From Acidobacteriota bacterium (GTDB lineage: Bacteria; Acidobacteriota; Terriglobia; 2-12-FULL-54-10): DNA of 64,000 bases. Both the position numbers and the translations under genes were made by a program. Location: assembly GCA_009691245.1 (NCBI GenBank), contig SHUM01000003.1, positions 3,099 to 67,098 of the forward strand. Direction: 5' to 3'. This document shows positions 10,279-19,479 of the stretch, in pieces (position 1 is the stretch's first letter; each line of letters opens with the position of its first letter). The notes beneath the pieces were generated by a model. It was not told where the DNA came from, ran no database searches, and saw nothing but the letters and a program-made list of their open reading frames with translations.

Positions 10279-10974
10279 CTACTGTCGATCACTCTTGCGC
10301 GGCGGGCCTTCTTCTGGTGACGGGGCGGGGGCGGCGCCTGAAGTTGAGGCGGGCGGCGCTGGCCGCTTACGAGGCGGACCCTCTTCGCCGTCCTTGCCCG
10401 CTGCTGGACGCGGCCTTTCGCGTGGGTTATCCGGGCGCGGCGGCGCGGCGGGGAACTCCGTGGGCGCGGTGCGCTCGTCCACTTCCGGGAACATTCCCTT
10501 GGCCACGTCTTCGAGCAGTTCTTCGGTAACGGCGATCGATTCTTCCAGAGTGAACTGATAGTTGGCGTAGATGGGCGAAGCGTCATTGTCGAGCGATTCC
10601 AGAAATTGCCGCGACTCGGGCAAACGCGTCTTCAGCAGCTCCATCGCTTTGGGAAACGGCGCGCGGCGTTCACGGGCATCCGCCATCGTGGTCTCAATGG
10701 CTTCGAGTATCTTCGTGTACTGCTCCAGACTTTTCTGCACCGCGCGACCCGCACTGGATTTTGCCGAACCCAGCGCCGCGCGCATCGCGCCCAGCCGCAT
10801 GTCGGCGATCTCCAGATAGAGCGGGATACGCTTCTCCGGCTCCTGCGCGTCGCGCGCCGCATCCACTTCTTCGCGCGTGAGGAAATCCTCCTGCGCCGTC
10901 GCGTGGACTGCGACCGCCAGGAAAATCAGCGCCAGCAGCGCGCATCGCATTATGGAAAACTTCCGGCTCACCAA
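10279..10974 (-). CDS. Hypothetical secreted protein with Pro/Arg/Glu-rich C-terminal tail
   Basis: Signal peptide MRCALLALIFLAVAVHATA; helical body; low-complexity C-terminus (PRPDNPRERPRPAAGKDGEEGPPRKRPAPP). Confidence 0.5.
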   Translation of the reverse strand: MVSRKFSIMRCALLALIFLAVAVHATAQEDFLTREEVDAARDAQEPEKRIPLYLEIADMRLGAMRAALGSAKSSAGRAVQKSLEQYTKILEAIETTMADARERRAPFPKAMELLKTRLPESRQFLESLDNDASPIYANYQFTLEESIAVTEELLEDVAKGMFPEVDERTAPTEFPAAPPRPDNPRERPRPAAGKDGEEGPPRKRPAPPASTSGAAPAPSPEEGPPRKSDRQ

Positions 10975-10991
10975 GGGACGCTCCTTACGGG

Positions 10992-11498
10992 TTACTTCTT
11001 GCTTGGTGGGTGCATGACGCTATACAAAACCGCTTCGCGTAATTGCAGAACCTGCTTCATGACCGCTTCAATCAGCGGACGTTCGTCAGATGAAACGTTG
11101 ATTTGAATCTGTTCCAGTTCGCGCGAATGTCGTCGCAAGCCGACTTCGATATTCCTGGCAGTGCCTGTATGCGCGGCTTCGCTGTTGGCGGCGCTGAGCC
11201 GCGCAAGGGCCGCCGTGTACGATAACAAAATAGAATTACTCTCTTCCATCATGGTGCCGGTGGCGACGAAGGTGCGAATCTTCAACAAATGGTGGTCGAG
11301 CATTTCCAGCGTGAGGCGCGCCCGCTTGCGCGAGTCCTTCTGCTGAGAGAGCGCTTGCTCCAACTCTGCGAGGCTCTTTGGTTCGGCGGATTGGCCCCCC
11401 AAGGCAATACACACCAGCAACAGGGCTGCCATTGCGCGCGCGGTTGCGCGTGAAGTATCTGGACTGAATCGGAGATGCCGCTGGACGCCCGTATTCAT
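10992..11498 (-). CDS. Hypothetical secreted coiled-coil protein
   Basis: Signal peptide (AMAALLLVCIALGGQSA). 168 aa. No recognised domain. Confidence 0.45.
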   Translation of the reverse strand: MNTGVQRHLRFSPDTSRATARAMAALLLVCIALGGQSAEPKSLAELEQALSQQKDSRKRARLTLEMLDHHLLKIRTFVATGTMMEESNSILLSYTAALARLSAANSEAAHTGTARNIEVGLRRHSRELEQIQINVSSDERPLIEAVMKQVLQLREAVLYSVMHPPSKK

Positions 11499-11582
11499 GC
11501 CGATGCACTCCCGCGCTGGTGTATCTGAATGCGATTATAACTTCAAAGGCAGTTGATCCCTAACAGTCCGCGGAAAAAGCCG

Positions 11583-11680
11583 GTTGGTTGTCATTCCGAG
11601 CGGAGCGAGGAATCTGTTTTTGTCCCGCGCGGCTGAAAACAAAAGCAGGTTCCTCGCTCCGCTCGGAATGACAACCAAAC
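11583..11680. repeat. Palindromic repeat family 2 copy (arms TTGGTTGTCATTCCGAGCGGAGCGAGGAA, 29 bp perfect, with a nested inner dyad CTGTTTTTGT/ACAAAAGCAG)
   Basis: Near-perfect ~100-bp palindrome read directly. Sits 6 bp downstream of the TPR gene stop (minus strand). Confidence 0.65.
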
Positions 11681-11686
11681 AACGTA

Positions 11687-13063
11687 CTACTTGCGGCCAC
11701 CCTTGCGTTGCAACTCGCGCGTCAGGACCCGAGATCGTTCTTTCGCCTGAAACTGCTGGTCGGGATTCTTGCCGTCGGCGAGCGCAAGAAACTTTTGATA
11801 ATTATCCAGCGCGCCCTGCTGCGCCCGGAGCTGATCGAGCGACAGCGCGCGCAGAAAGTAGGTGCCCGCCGTATCCGCGCCCAGCTTGGCCACCTGATCC
11901 AGCGCGGCGACGGTGCGGGGATAGTCCTTGAGCAGATAGAGTGCGGAAGCGAGGTTCGTCCAGCCCAGCGAGGATTTGGGGTCCAGCTCCACGCCGCGCG
12001 CGAACGACTGCGCGGCCTCGGCGTAGCGCTTCACCTCGTTGCGCAAGCTGCCGAGCGCCAGATGCAGGTTCGCCTGGTTCGGCTGGGCAGCGATCATCTC
12101 GATCAGCAGAGGCTCGGCGCGGCCCTTCTGGTTCGTTGCGAGATAGGCTTCGAGCAGCAACTGATTGGCCCCTGGCGCGCGCGCAGCCTCGGTCCGCACG
12201 GCTTCCAGATGCGTGATAGCCTCGGTGGCGCGCTTTTCGGCCAGATAGAGTTCGGCCAGATGCAGACGCAACTCCTTGCGCGCGGGCTGGGCTTTCAGAA
12301 AGTCTTCGTAAAGTTGCAGCGCCTCATCGCGAACCGTTGTGGCGGGCGCGCTGCGGTCTTCGAGCAGACGGGCGAGCGTGAGACGCGCTTCCTGCTCCTC
12401 CGGCATCTCGCGCGCCACGATGCGCAACTGCGCCTCGGCCGCCGCCGGATCGCTTTGCGCGAGCAGCGCGGCCAGGTCCATGCGCGTCGTGTGGTTCTCC
12501 GGACGCAGCTTCAGCGCCGCTTCATACGCCGTGCGCGCTTCCGGCACGCGGCCCAGATTTCCCAGCGCATGGCCCAGTTCGGTCAGCGCGGTCCAGTGGT
12601 CCGGCTGCGCGGCAACCACGCGGCGCAGATGCTCGATGGCTTCTTCGTTTTTTCCATCCTGGCGCAACAGCATGCCCAGATTCATGCGGGCGGAAAGCAA
12701 GTCCGGCTGCGCGGCCAGGACTTTGCGATATTGTTCGATGGCCTCCACGGCGCGATTGGTCATGCTGTAGGAGTAAGCGAGATTGAAGCGCGCGGGAACA
12801 TCCGAGGGCGACTGCGCAAGATACGCTTCAAGCAACGCTACGGCCGATTGGTAATCATCTTTATCGAGCGCCGCGCCGGCCTGTTGCAGCAGAGCTTCCG
12901 GGGATGCCGTCGCCGGTGGCGCGGTTTCACTGAATGCGGGCGATGCCGTGCGCGGCGCGGGATACTGCGCCCGCAGGACACTCGGCGCAACGACCAGCAA
13001 AAGCCAGGAGCCGAGGATGACTTTAGATACTCGTGCGAACTTTAGCATTGTGGTATGCACCAA
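11687..13063 (-). CDS. Tetratricopeptide-repeat (TPR) protein, secreted/periplasmic
   Basis: Signal peptide then multiple TPR-like 34-aa units (AxxxYxxAL / LGxxLxxxGxxxEA periodicity). Confidence 0.75.
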   Translation of the reverse strand: MVHTTMLKFARVSKVILGSWLLLVVAPSVLRAQYPAPRTASPAFSETAPPATASPEALLQQAGAALDKDDYQSAVALLEAYLAQSPSDVPARFNLAYSYSMTNRAVEAIEQYRKVLAAQPDLLSARMNLGMLLRQDGKNEEAIEHLRRVVAAQPDHWTALTELGHALGNLGRVPEARTAYEAALKLRPENHTTRMDLAALLAQSDPAAAEAQLRIVAREMPEEQEARLTLARLLEDRSAPATTVRDEALQLYEDFLKAQPARKELRLHLAELYLAEKRATEAITHLEAVRTEAARAPGANQLLLEAYLATNQKGRAEPLLIEMIAAQPNQANLHLALGSLRNEVKRYAEAAQSFARGVELDPKSSLGWTNLASALYLLKDYPRTVAALDQVAKLGADTAGTYFLRALSLDQLRAQQGALDNYQKFLALADGKNPDQQFQAKERSRVLTRELQRKGGRK

Positions 13064-13171
13064 GGCTTGAAATATCCGCCTGTTGCCACCTCCATGCTAC
13101 TTCAAATGAATGGGCAAGGATCAACTGACAACGGAACTTTTCTCTAACCTTTTTTTTGACGGACACTGTAT

Positions 13172-13252
13172 CAGAGCCCCGACCGCCAGGGAGGGGGCAC
13201 GTTCGCCGATTAGCAGTGACCGTTGTGCGTGCCCCCTTCCTGGCGGTCGGGC
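13172..13252. repeat. Hairpin repeat family 1b, degenerate copy (left arm CAGAGCCCCGACCGCCAGGGAGGGGGCACG; right arm CGTGCCCCCTTCCTGGCGGTCGGGC)
   Basis: Same arm sequence as the perfect copy at 48644..48730, with an indel and loss of the terminal TCTG on the right. 21 bp downstream of the uvrA stop. Confidence 0.55.
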
Positions 13253-13272
13253 CATGATACACCCCTGACAGC

Positions 13273-16200
13273 TTAATCATCGGAGGCGGACTCGCCCCAT
13301 TGCTGATGGCGGTCCAGTATCTGGCGCAGGAAGAGCCCGGTGTGAGACGCGGGACATTCGGCGACCTGCTCGGGCGTGCCGGCGCAGACCACCTCTCCGC
13401 CGCGGTCGCCGCCCTCGGGGCCGAGGTCGATCACCCAGTCGGCGGTCTTGATGACGTCCAGGTTATGCTCGATGACCACGATGCTGCCGCCTTGATCTAT
13501 CAGCTTGCGGAAGGCGGCCAGGAGCTTCGCGATGTCGTCGAAGTGCAGGCCCGTGGTGGGCTCGTCGAATAAAAACAGAGTGCCTTCCGATTCTTTAGCG
13601 GCCAGATGAGAAGCCAGCTTGATGCGCTGCGCTTCGCCGCCCGAGAGCGTCGTCGCCGACTGGCCGAGGCGCAGATAACCGAGGCCTACCTCATCGAGAA
13701 TGCGCAGGCGGTTGGCGACCGTGATGGCCATGCTGAAAAAACTCAGCGCCTCCTTCACGGTGAGGCGCAGGATTTCATGAATGTTCCTGCCGCGGTAATT
13801 GATCTCCAGCACGCCGGGCTTGAAGCGCGTGCCGCTGCAATCCTCGCAGACCAGCTCGACGTCGGCCAGGAACTGCATCTCAACCGTAACGATGCCGCTG
13901 CCCTGACAGGTCTCGCAGCGCCCACCGGGGATGTTGAATGAGAAGTGGCCCGGCAGGTAGCCGCGCTTGCGCGACTCAGGCTGGTCGGCGAACAGCGAGC
14001 GGATGGGATCGAAGGCTTTCATGTACGTAACGGGATTCGAGCGCGGCGTGCGGCCGATGGGCGATTGATCGACCATCACTACTTTCTGAATGGACTCGGC
14101 GCCGTCCACGCGGCGGCAGGCAAGCTTGCGACCCATGGCTACTTCTTCGCTGTCGTCGCCGGCCGGTGCGTCGAATAGCGGCCCGCCGCCTTCCTTCTTC
14201 TCCGCCTTGCCGGAGTCGTCCGCGCCGCGATCGCGCAACGCGTCGAACAGCACATCGTAGATGAGCGACGACTTGCCCGAGCCGGAGACGCCGGTTACCG
14301 CCACTAGCAGTCCCAGTGGGATTGCAACATCCACTTCCTTCAGATTGTGACTGAACGCTCCGTGAATTTTGATCTGTTTTTTGGGTGAAGGCTTGCGACG
14401 TTTTGAAGGCAGGCTGATGCGCAGGTCGCCGCGCAGATAGCGGCCCGTGAGCGTCGAATTGCTGGCCAGCAGTTCGTGGTAGCGTCCCGCGAACTGCACA
14501 CGTCCGCCGTTCTCGCCCGCGGCGGGGCCGAGGTCCAGGATGCGGTCGGCGGCCTCCATCATGGTCGGGTCATGTTCGACGACGACGATGGTGTTGCCTT
14601 GATCGCGCAGCGCCTCCAAAATGCGAATCAGCCGCGCGGTGTCCCGGCTGTGCAGGCCCACCGACGGCTCGTCCAATACATAAAGCGTACCGACCAGATG
14701 CGAGCCGAGCGAAGCGGCCAGTTGAATGCGCTGGGCCTCGCCGCCGGAGAGCGTGGAGGTCAGCCGGTCCAGAGTCAAATACTCGAGGCCCACGTTCTCC
14801 AGATATTCCACGCGCTGGCGAATCTCGGTGAGAATCTTGCCCGCGATGGCCTCCTGCACGCCGCCGAGCAGCAGCTCGTCGAAGAAGCGGCGCAGGCGCT
14901 GGATGCTCATGCGGCAGACGCCGCGGATGTCCTCGCCGCCCACCTTTACGGCAAACGCTTCGCGGCGCAGGCGTCCGCCCTGGCACTCCGGACACAGCGC
15001 GTAGCCACGGAAGCGGCTCAGGAAGACGCGCACGTGCAGCTTGTATTTCTTGGTTTCCAGATACGCGAAGAAGCCGTTGATACCCACCAGCGCGCGGCGT
15101 CCGCGCTTGCCCTCGACGCGGCCATCCCACACGAACTCTTTTTCTTCGGCGGTGAGTTTGTAGTAGGGAACATCCATGCGCACGCCGCGCTCGCGCGCTT
15201 CTTTGCGGAACTCGGTGAAGAAGACCCGGTAGCGCGGCTTGGTCCAGGGCTCGATGGCGCCGTCTTCCAGCGAGCGCGTCTTGTCGGGGATGACCAGTTC
15301 CTCATCAAAGTCGATGGTGTTGCCGAAGCCCTGGCAGCGCGGGCATGCGCCGTAGGGACTATTGAAGGAGAACAGGCGCGGCTCGGGCACTTCGTAGGAA
15401 AGTTTGCAGGGCTTGCACTCGAAGAGTTCGTTGAAGGTGAGCCGCGCAGGCAGCGCGGCCAACGAAGGATGCCCGGCGGCGTCAGTAAATTCGACGATGG
15501 CCTCGCCGCCTTCGCGGTAACACAGCTCCAGACTATCCACCAGGCGCTGCCGCGATTGCGCGTCAATCACCATACGGTCGGCCAGCATCCACACGGGCCG
15601 GCGAAAATCGACATCCAGCAGAGCTTCGGGCGTGGAAAATTCGAAGAGGTTGCCATCCTGATAGAGCCGCGTGTAACCCAGTTTGCGCAGATCGAACAGG
15701 CGGGCCTTCACTTGATCCGAGAGCGAAAGCGGCGTTGCGGTGAGGACCGTATCGATGCTTGCGGCTGCTGCTTTCTTGCGGCTGGCGGCGGTCTTCTTCG
15801 CGGCCTTCACCGCTGCTGGCGATTTTTCGGAAGCGGCTGCGGGTGGTGCTCCGCCAGCGTCTGCGCGGACCAGAGGAAACAAAATGTATGCGCGCAGGCC
15901 GCTTTCGGGGCCGCCGCTGGAGCTGGCGTCGTGGGCGAGCCGCAGCAAGCGCGCGGCGACTTCGTCCACCGTGTCCTTCTTCACTTCGGCGCCGCACTGC
16001 GCGCAATACGTCTGCCCGACGCGCGCGTAGAGCAGGCGCAGATAATCGTAAATTTCGGTGGAGGTGCCCACGGTGGAGCGCGGATTGCGCGTGGTGTTCT
16101 TCTGGCGGATGGCGATGGAGGGCGCGATGCCGTCAATCTCGTCGGCGTCTGGCTTCTCCATGCGCTCCAGGAACTGCCGCGCATAGGCTGACATCGACTC

Positions 16201-16410
16201 GACATACCGGCGCTGCCCCTCGGCATAGAGCGTGTCAAACGCCAGCGACGACTTGCCCGAGCCGCTCACGCCGGTGATGACCGTCAGATGATTGAGCGGA
16301 ATATCAACGTCAATATTCTTGAGGTTGTGGACGCGGCAGCCGCGCACACGGATGCTCTCCACCTCAGTGGATCGAGGCGCGGGAACAGCGCGATGTATGG
16401 CGGTGGCCAT
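13273..16410 (-). CDS. uvrA: Excinuclease ABC subunit A (long form, 1045 aa, with Ala/Lys-rich inserts)
   Basis: Two ABC ATPase modules (GVSGSGKSSLAFDT; GVSGSGKSSLIYD), zinc-finger cysteines, LSGGEAQRI signatures. Confidence 0.95.
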   Translation of the reverse strand: MATAIHRAVPAPRSTEVESIRVRGCRVHNLKNIDVDIPLNHLTVITGVSGSGKSSLAFDTLYAEGQRRYVESMSAYARQFLERMEKPDADEIDGIAPSIAIRQKNTTRNPRSTVGTSTEIYDYLRLLYARVGQTYCAQCGAEVKKDTVDEVAARLLRLAHDASSSGGPESGLRAYILFPLVRADAGGAPPAAASEKSPAAVKAAKKTAASRKKAAAASIDTVLTATPLSLSDQVKARLFDLRKLGYTRLYQDGNLFEFSTPEALLDVDFRRPVWMLADRMVIDAQSRQRLVDSLELCYREGGEAIVEFTDAAGHPSLAALPARLTFNELFECKPCKLSYEVPEPRLFSFNSPYGACPRCQGFGNTIDFDEELVIPDKTRSLEDGAIEPWTKPRYRVFFTEFRKEARERGVRMDVPYYKLTAEEKEFVWDGRVEGKRGRRALVGINGFFAYLETKKYKLHVRVFLSRFRGYALCPECQGGRLRREAFAVKVGGEDIRGVCRMSIQRLRRFFDELLLGGVQEAIAGKILTEIRQRVEYLENVGLEYLTLDRLTSTLSGGEAQRIQLAASLGSHLVGTLYVLDEPSVGLHSRDTARLIRILEALRDQGNTIVVVEHDPTMMEAADRILDLGPAAGENGGRVQFAGRYHELLASNSTLTGRYLRGDLRISLPSKRRKPSPKKQIKIHGAFSHNLKEVDVAIPLGLLVAVTGVSGSGKSSLIYDVLFDALRDRGADDSGKAEKKEGGGPLFDAPAGDDSEEVAMGRKLACRRVDGAESIQKVVMVDQSPIGRTPRSNPVTYMKAFDPIRSLFADQPESRKRGYLPGHFSFNIPGGRCETCQGSGIVTVEMQFLADVELVCEDCSGTRFKPGVLEINYRGRNIHEILRLTVKEALSFFSMAITVANRLRILDEVGLGYLRLGQSATTLSGGEAQRIKLASHLAAKESEGTLFLFDEPTTGLHFDDIAKLLAAFRKLIDQGGSIVVIEHNLDVIKTADWVIDLGPEGGDRGGEVVCAGTPEQVAECPASHTGLFLRQILDRHQQWGESASDD

Positions 16411-16516
16411 AGATAAGTCTGATACAGACTGCCGAACCCTGTATTATACCGCCTATTGCCGCCGCGTTCCACTCTACCGACGTGGGGCTCGATGGCAGGG
16501 AGCGGCTGGTTGCCGA

Positions 16517-17233
16517 TTAGTTGATGGAGATGTAGCGCTCCAGCCGCGCGACTTCTTTTTCATTCACGTACTTGCCCATTTCCTTGCGAAATTGCTCGAT
16601 AGTTTTGTACGGGCGATACTCCTTGAACTCGCGCAACATGCGCGCGCCGAGGCCAGGGATGGTGCTCAGGTCGGCGGCAGCGGCGATGTTCAGGTTCAGG
16701 TGGATGAAGACGTAGCGCTCCAGCCGCGCGACTTCCGCCGCGCTGGCGTACTTGCCCATCTCCTTGCGGAACTGGTCCAGCGTCTTGTAGGGGCGGTATT
16801 CCTTGAACTCGCGCATCATGCGCGCTCCCATGTTTGTGATCAACTGCATCTCCGCGGCGCTGGCGGAGTTGAGATTGATGTGGACAAACAATTTGGCGTA
16901 CAGCTCGGCGAGCTGCTCTTTGCTGAGCGACTTGCTCAACAGCGCATTCAGCTCCGTTACGCTGAGAAACGGGCGGGCGGCCAGCACCGTCTTGGCGAGC
17001 GCGGCATTCATGTGCGGCAGCGCAGCCAACTGCGGCTCGGTGGCGGTGTTGGCTTCCAGCAATCCAGTTTGATTGCCGAGTTGCGACTGCCCGCGAACGG
17101 CCATGCCGACGACGAGGCCAGCGACCAGGCCGGCGATCGCCAGCAGCATCGCGGCGCGTCTCGTTACAGGGAATTTTGTATAGGCTGAATAAGTCATATA
17201 ACCCCCTCGATTTAATTGCAAAATTGCCAACAA
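16517..17233 (-). CDS. ComEA-like tandem helix-hairpin-helix (HhH) protein with N-terminal TM anchor
   Basis: Two ~65-aa repeats (…HINLNSASAAEMQLITNMGARMMREFKEYRPYKTLDQFRKEMGKY…/…HLNLNIAAAADLSTIPGLGARMLREFKEYRPYKTIEQFRKEMGKY…) matching the ComEA HhH pattern. The underlying DNA is a ~190-bp tandem duplication. The track ORF 16560..17690 (-) is an overlapping out-of-frame artefact. Confidence 0.65.
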   Translation of the reverse strand: MLAILQLNRGGYMTYSAYTKFPVTRRAAMLLAIAGLVAGLVVGMAVRGQSQLGNQTGLLEANTATEPQLAALPHMNAALAKTVLAARPFLSVTELNALLSKSLSKEQLAELYAKLFVHINLNSASAAEMQLITNMGARMMREFKEYRPYKTLDQFRKEMGKYASAAEVARLERYVFIHLNLNIAAAADLSTIPGLGARMLREFKEYRPYKTIEQFRKEMGKYVNEKEVARLERYISIN

Positions 17234-17683
17234 CTATTTTTCGGGCGGCTTGCGCAGCGCCGGATGGCCATACGCCCAGGCTATGCCCAACAGGCCCATC
17301 TGAATCATAACCCCGGGGGCCAGCGCTGGCGGAGCCTGACTCTTCATCGCCCCCCAGAACAGCGCCGCGCCCTGAAGTGATGGGTTTACTTCCATCTGAA
17401 ATTCCGCTTTGGCGCGATAGTGCAGCAAGGTGCCGATGAATCCGCTCAGTATGAACAGCGCCATCAGCTCCTGAATCGTGCGGACCGGCGCGGCGCGTGG
17501 ATAAAGCGCGACCCAGCAGAAAGCCAGCGACGCAGCAGCCATCAACACCAGCGGCACCCACTGCCAGAGGTCTTCGGTGTGCCCGGACAGCAGTAATTCC
17601 GCGCCGATGCCGACCATCTCGGTGACCAGTATGAGCAAGAGGACGGGACGGAGATTGGTTGCATCGGCTGGTCTTGGCGTCAT
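17234..17683 (-). CDS. Small integral membrane protein (3-4 TM), function unknown; start placed at internal ATG (MTPRPADATNL...)
   Basis: Hydrophobic segments throughout. The longer track ORF (to 17791) runs into the hairpin repeat, so its N-terminal extension is rejected. Confidence 0.45.
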   Translation of the reverse strand: MTPRPADATNLRPVLLLILVTEMVGIGAELLLSGHTEDLWQWVPLVLMAAASLAFCWVALYPRAAPVRTIQELMALFILSGFIGTLLHYRAKAEFQMEVNPSLQGAALFWGAMKSQAPPALAPGVMIQMGLLGIAWAYGHPALRKPPEK

Positions 17684-17743
17684 GTCCCATTCTCGCTTGG
17701 CGCGGCTACCGCCCGCAACCCGACGTGGCGCGGGCGTTGCGCA

Positions 17744-17826
17744 ACAGAGCCGCGACCGAGAGGGAGCGGTAGTTGGATGGCATATCAGCATTCATGGAAC
17801 CGCTCCCTCTCGGTCGCGGCTCTGTT
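17744..17826. repeat. Palindromic hairpin repeat, family 1 copy B (27-bp perfect arms AACAGAGCCGCGACCGAGAGGGAGCGGT, 28-nt loop)
   Basis: Perfect inverted repeat read directly. Lies between divergent gene starts (17683 minus, 17966 plus). Confidence 0.75.
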
Positions 17827-17965
17827 GCGGTCTTTCGCTGCGCTCAAGATGACAGCCTTGTATGACGGGCGTAACGAGTTGGCCCACTCGCTTGAAGTCG
17901 CCCAACGGAACCTGTATTCTCTTTCCTACCCCGGCACATTGGGACTTATTACAGGAGGATCATTT

Positions 17966-19081
17966 ATGCCTAGCACCAACAGCGCCGCGCGTTTGCGGAT
18001 GCTCTATTGCACTTTGATATTTTCCGTCGCCATCGCCATTACCGGCTACACGCAGAAGGGCGGCGAGTATGAGACCGGCCCCTATGACGTGGACACGGCC
18101 TGGCCGCAGAACGTTTGCGGCGACGGCTTTCAGATCGGCTCGGTGGGCGGCGTGTGGGCGCAGAGCCAGGACCGCGTGTTCGTCTACGCGCGCGGCTGCT
18201 TGGTGACGGCCAAGCCCACCGGCACCATCCTGCCGGAGCGCAACGCCTCGGGCTACTCGCTCTCCTCCGAGGATCCCAAGATGTTCCCGCGCTGGGACCA
18301 CGTGCTGATGGTGTTTGACCGCAACGGCAAGATGGTCGAGAGCTGGGAGCAGCACAACAAGCTCTTCGTCCGCCCGCACCGCGTGGTGATGAATCCCTAC
18401 GACGCCGAGCGCAACGTGTGGCTGATCGATGACGGCGCGCACTCCATCTATAAGTTCACCAACGACGGCAAGAAGTTGTTAATGACACTGGGTGAGTTCC
18501 GCGTTCCAGGCAGTGACAAGACGCACTTTGGCCGCCCCACCGACATCGCCTGGCTGCCCAACGGCGACTTCTTCGTCAGCGACGGCTACGTCAACACCCG
18601 CGTCGTGAAGTTCAATAAGGACGGGCAGTATCTGCTCGAATGGGGCAAGCCCGGCAAGGGGCCGAGTGAGTTCAACACCGTGCATGGCATCGCGGTGGAT
18701 AACAACGAGCGCGTGTACGTCGGCGACCGCGCCAACTCACGCGTGCAGATATTCGACAAGAACGGCAAGTATCTGGAAGAGTGGAACAACCTGCGCTTCC
18801 CTTATTACATTTACATGTCCAAGGACCAGCACCTGTGGGTGGGCGACGGCTACACCAACAAGATTCTCAAGTACGACCTGAACGGCAAGATGCTGTTCCA
18901 CTGGGGCACCTTCGGCAGTTGGCCCGGCGGCATCTGGGGCCCGCACCAGTTCAGCGTGGACGAAGCTAACAACTTCTACATCGCCGACGTCCACATTGGC
19001 CGCATCCAGAAGTTCAAGCCCAAGCCCGGCGCCAAACTGGAAGAGCTGGTAGGCCAGCGCTTCGAAGTGCCGGCGAAGTAG
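17966..19081 (+). CDS. NHL-repeat beta-propeller protein, secreted
   Basis: AGGAGG RBS at 17953-17958 then ATG at 17966 (MPSTNSAARLRMLYCTLIFSVAIAITG signal). Repeated YVxDxxNxRVxKF / IAVD / YVGDRANSRVQIFD / YIADVHIGRIQKF blades typical of NHL repeats. The track ORF N-terminal extension overlaps the repeat and is rejected. Confidence 0.75.
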   Translation: MPSTNSAARLRMLYCTLIFSVAIAITGYTQKGGEYETGPYDVDTAWPQNVCGDGFQIGSVGGVWAQSQDRVFVYARGCLVTAKPTGTILPERNASGYSLSSEDPKMFPRWDHVLMVFDRNGKMVESWEQHNKLFVRPHRVVMNPYDAERNVWLIDDGAHSIYKFTNDGKKLLMTLGEFRVPGSDKTHFGRPTDIAWLPNGDFFVSDGYVNTRVVKFNKDGQYLLEWGKPGKGPSEFNTVHGIAVDNNERVYVGDRANSRVQIFDKNGKYLEEWNNLRFPYYIYMSKDQHLWVGDGYTNKILKYDLNGKMLFHWGTFGSWPGGIWGPHQFSVDEANNFYIADVHIGRIQKFKPKPGAKLEELVGQRFEVPAK

Positions 19082-19100
19082 CTGAAGGGGTTGCCTTACT

Positions 19101-19225
19101 AAGTTGTCATTCCGAGGAGCGTCGCGACGAGGAATCTGCTGTTCATCAGAGCCGCGCGCGCAAGCAAGCGGACCCGCCCGGTCAACGCGGAAAGCAGATT
19201 CATCACTGCGCTCGGAATGACAGTA
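19101..19225. repeat. Palindromic repeat family 2, degenerate copy (TTGTCATTCCGAGGAGCG...GAGGAATCTGCTG // CAGATTCATCACTGCGCTCGGAATGACAG)
   Basis: Shares the GTCATTCCGAG / CTCGGAATGAC termini and GAGGAATCTG core with 11583..11680. Sits 20 bp after the NHL gene stop. Confidence 0.5.
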
Positions 19226-19278
19226 CAACAGGTACAGTCCTCCAAGTGAAAAACGTCACCACGGGCGGTAACATTTAG

Positions 19279-19473
19279 ATAGGCAAGCTTCGGCAGGGCG
19301 GCTACGCGTTCAAGACGGGGACAGGCTACCACTCGCCACGCCACGTGCCTGTGTTCCGCGACGAAAGGCTCATCCTGAAGTGGGATCTGGAAAATGGCAA
19401 GCCGTTGAATGGCAGAGCCTCACGAAAACTGCGCAAGATCATTGCATCGCTGATCGTGGAGGGGCAGCTGTAA
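19279..19473 (+). pseudogene. DUF4160-like small protein remnant (no canonical start; frame opens right after a TAG)
   Basis: Frame translates ...GGYAFKTGTGYHSPRHVPVFRDERLILKWDLENGKPLNGRASRKLRKIIASLIVEGQL*. The G-x9-H-x-P-x-H-V spacing matches DUF4160 (GivIrMYfnDHnPPHFHa...). It ends 6 bp before the DUF2442-like gene, the usual DUF4160-DUF2442 pairing. Low-GC context. Confidence 0.35.
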
Positions 19474-19479
19474 CTGGAC

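Noticed and set aside
14476-16191. 571-aa plus-strand ORF
   Set aside because: Lies entirely antisense to uvrA; Ala/Gly/Arg-rich composition typical of high-GC antisense frames.
16560-17690. 376-aa minus-strand ORF spanning the HhH gene and the membrane-protein gene
   Set aside because: Arg/Gly/Ala-rich GC-frame artefact overlapping two better-supported genes in other frames.
17684-17965. N-terminal extensions of ORFs 17234..17791 (-) and 17777..19081 (+)
   Set aside because: Both extensions are translations of the palindromic repeat at 17744..17826 (TAPSRSRLC on both strands). Internal ATGs with a signal peptide or RBS give better starts.
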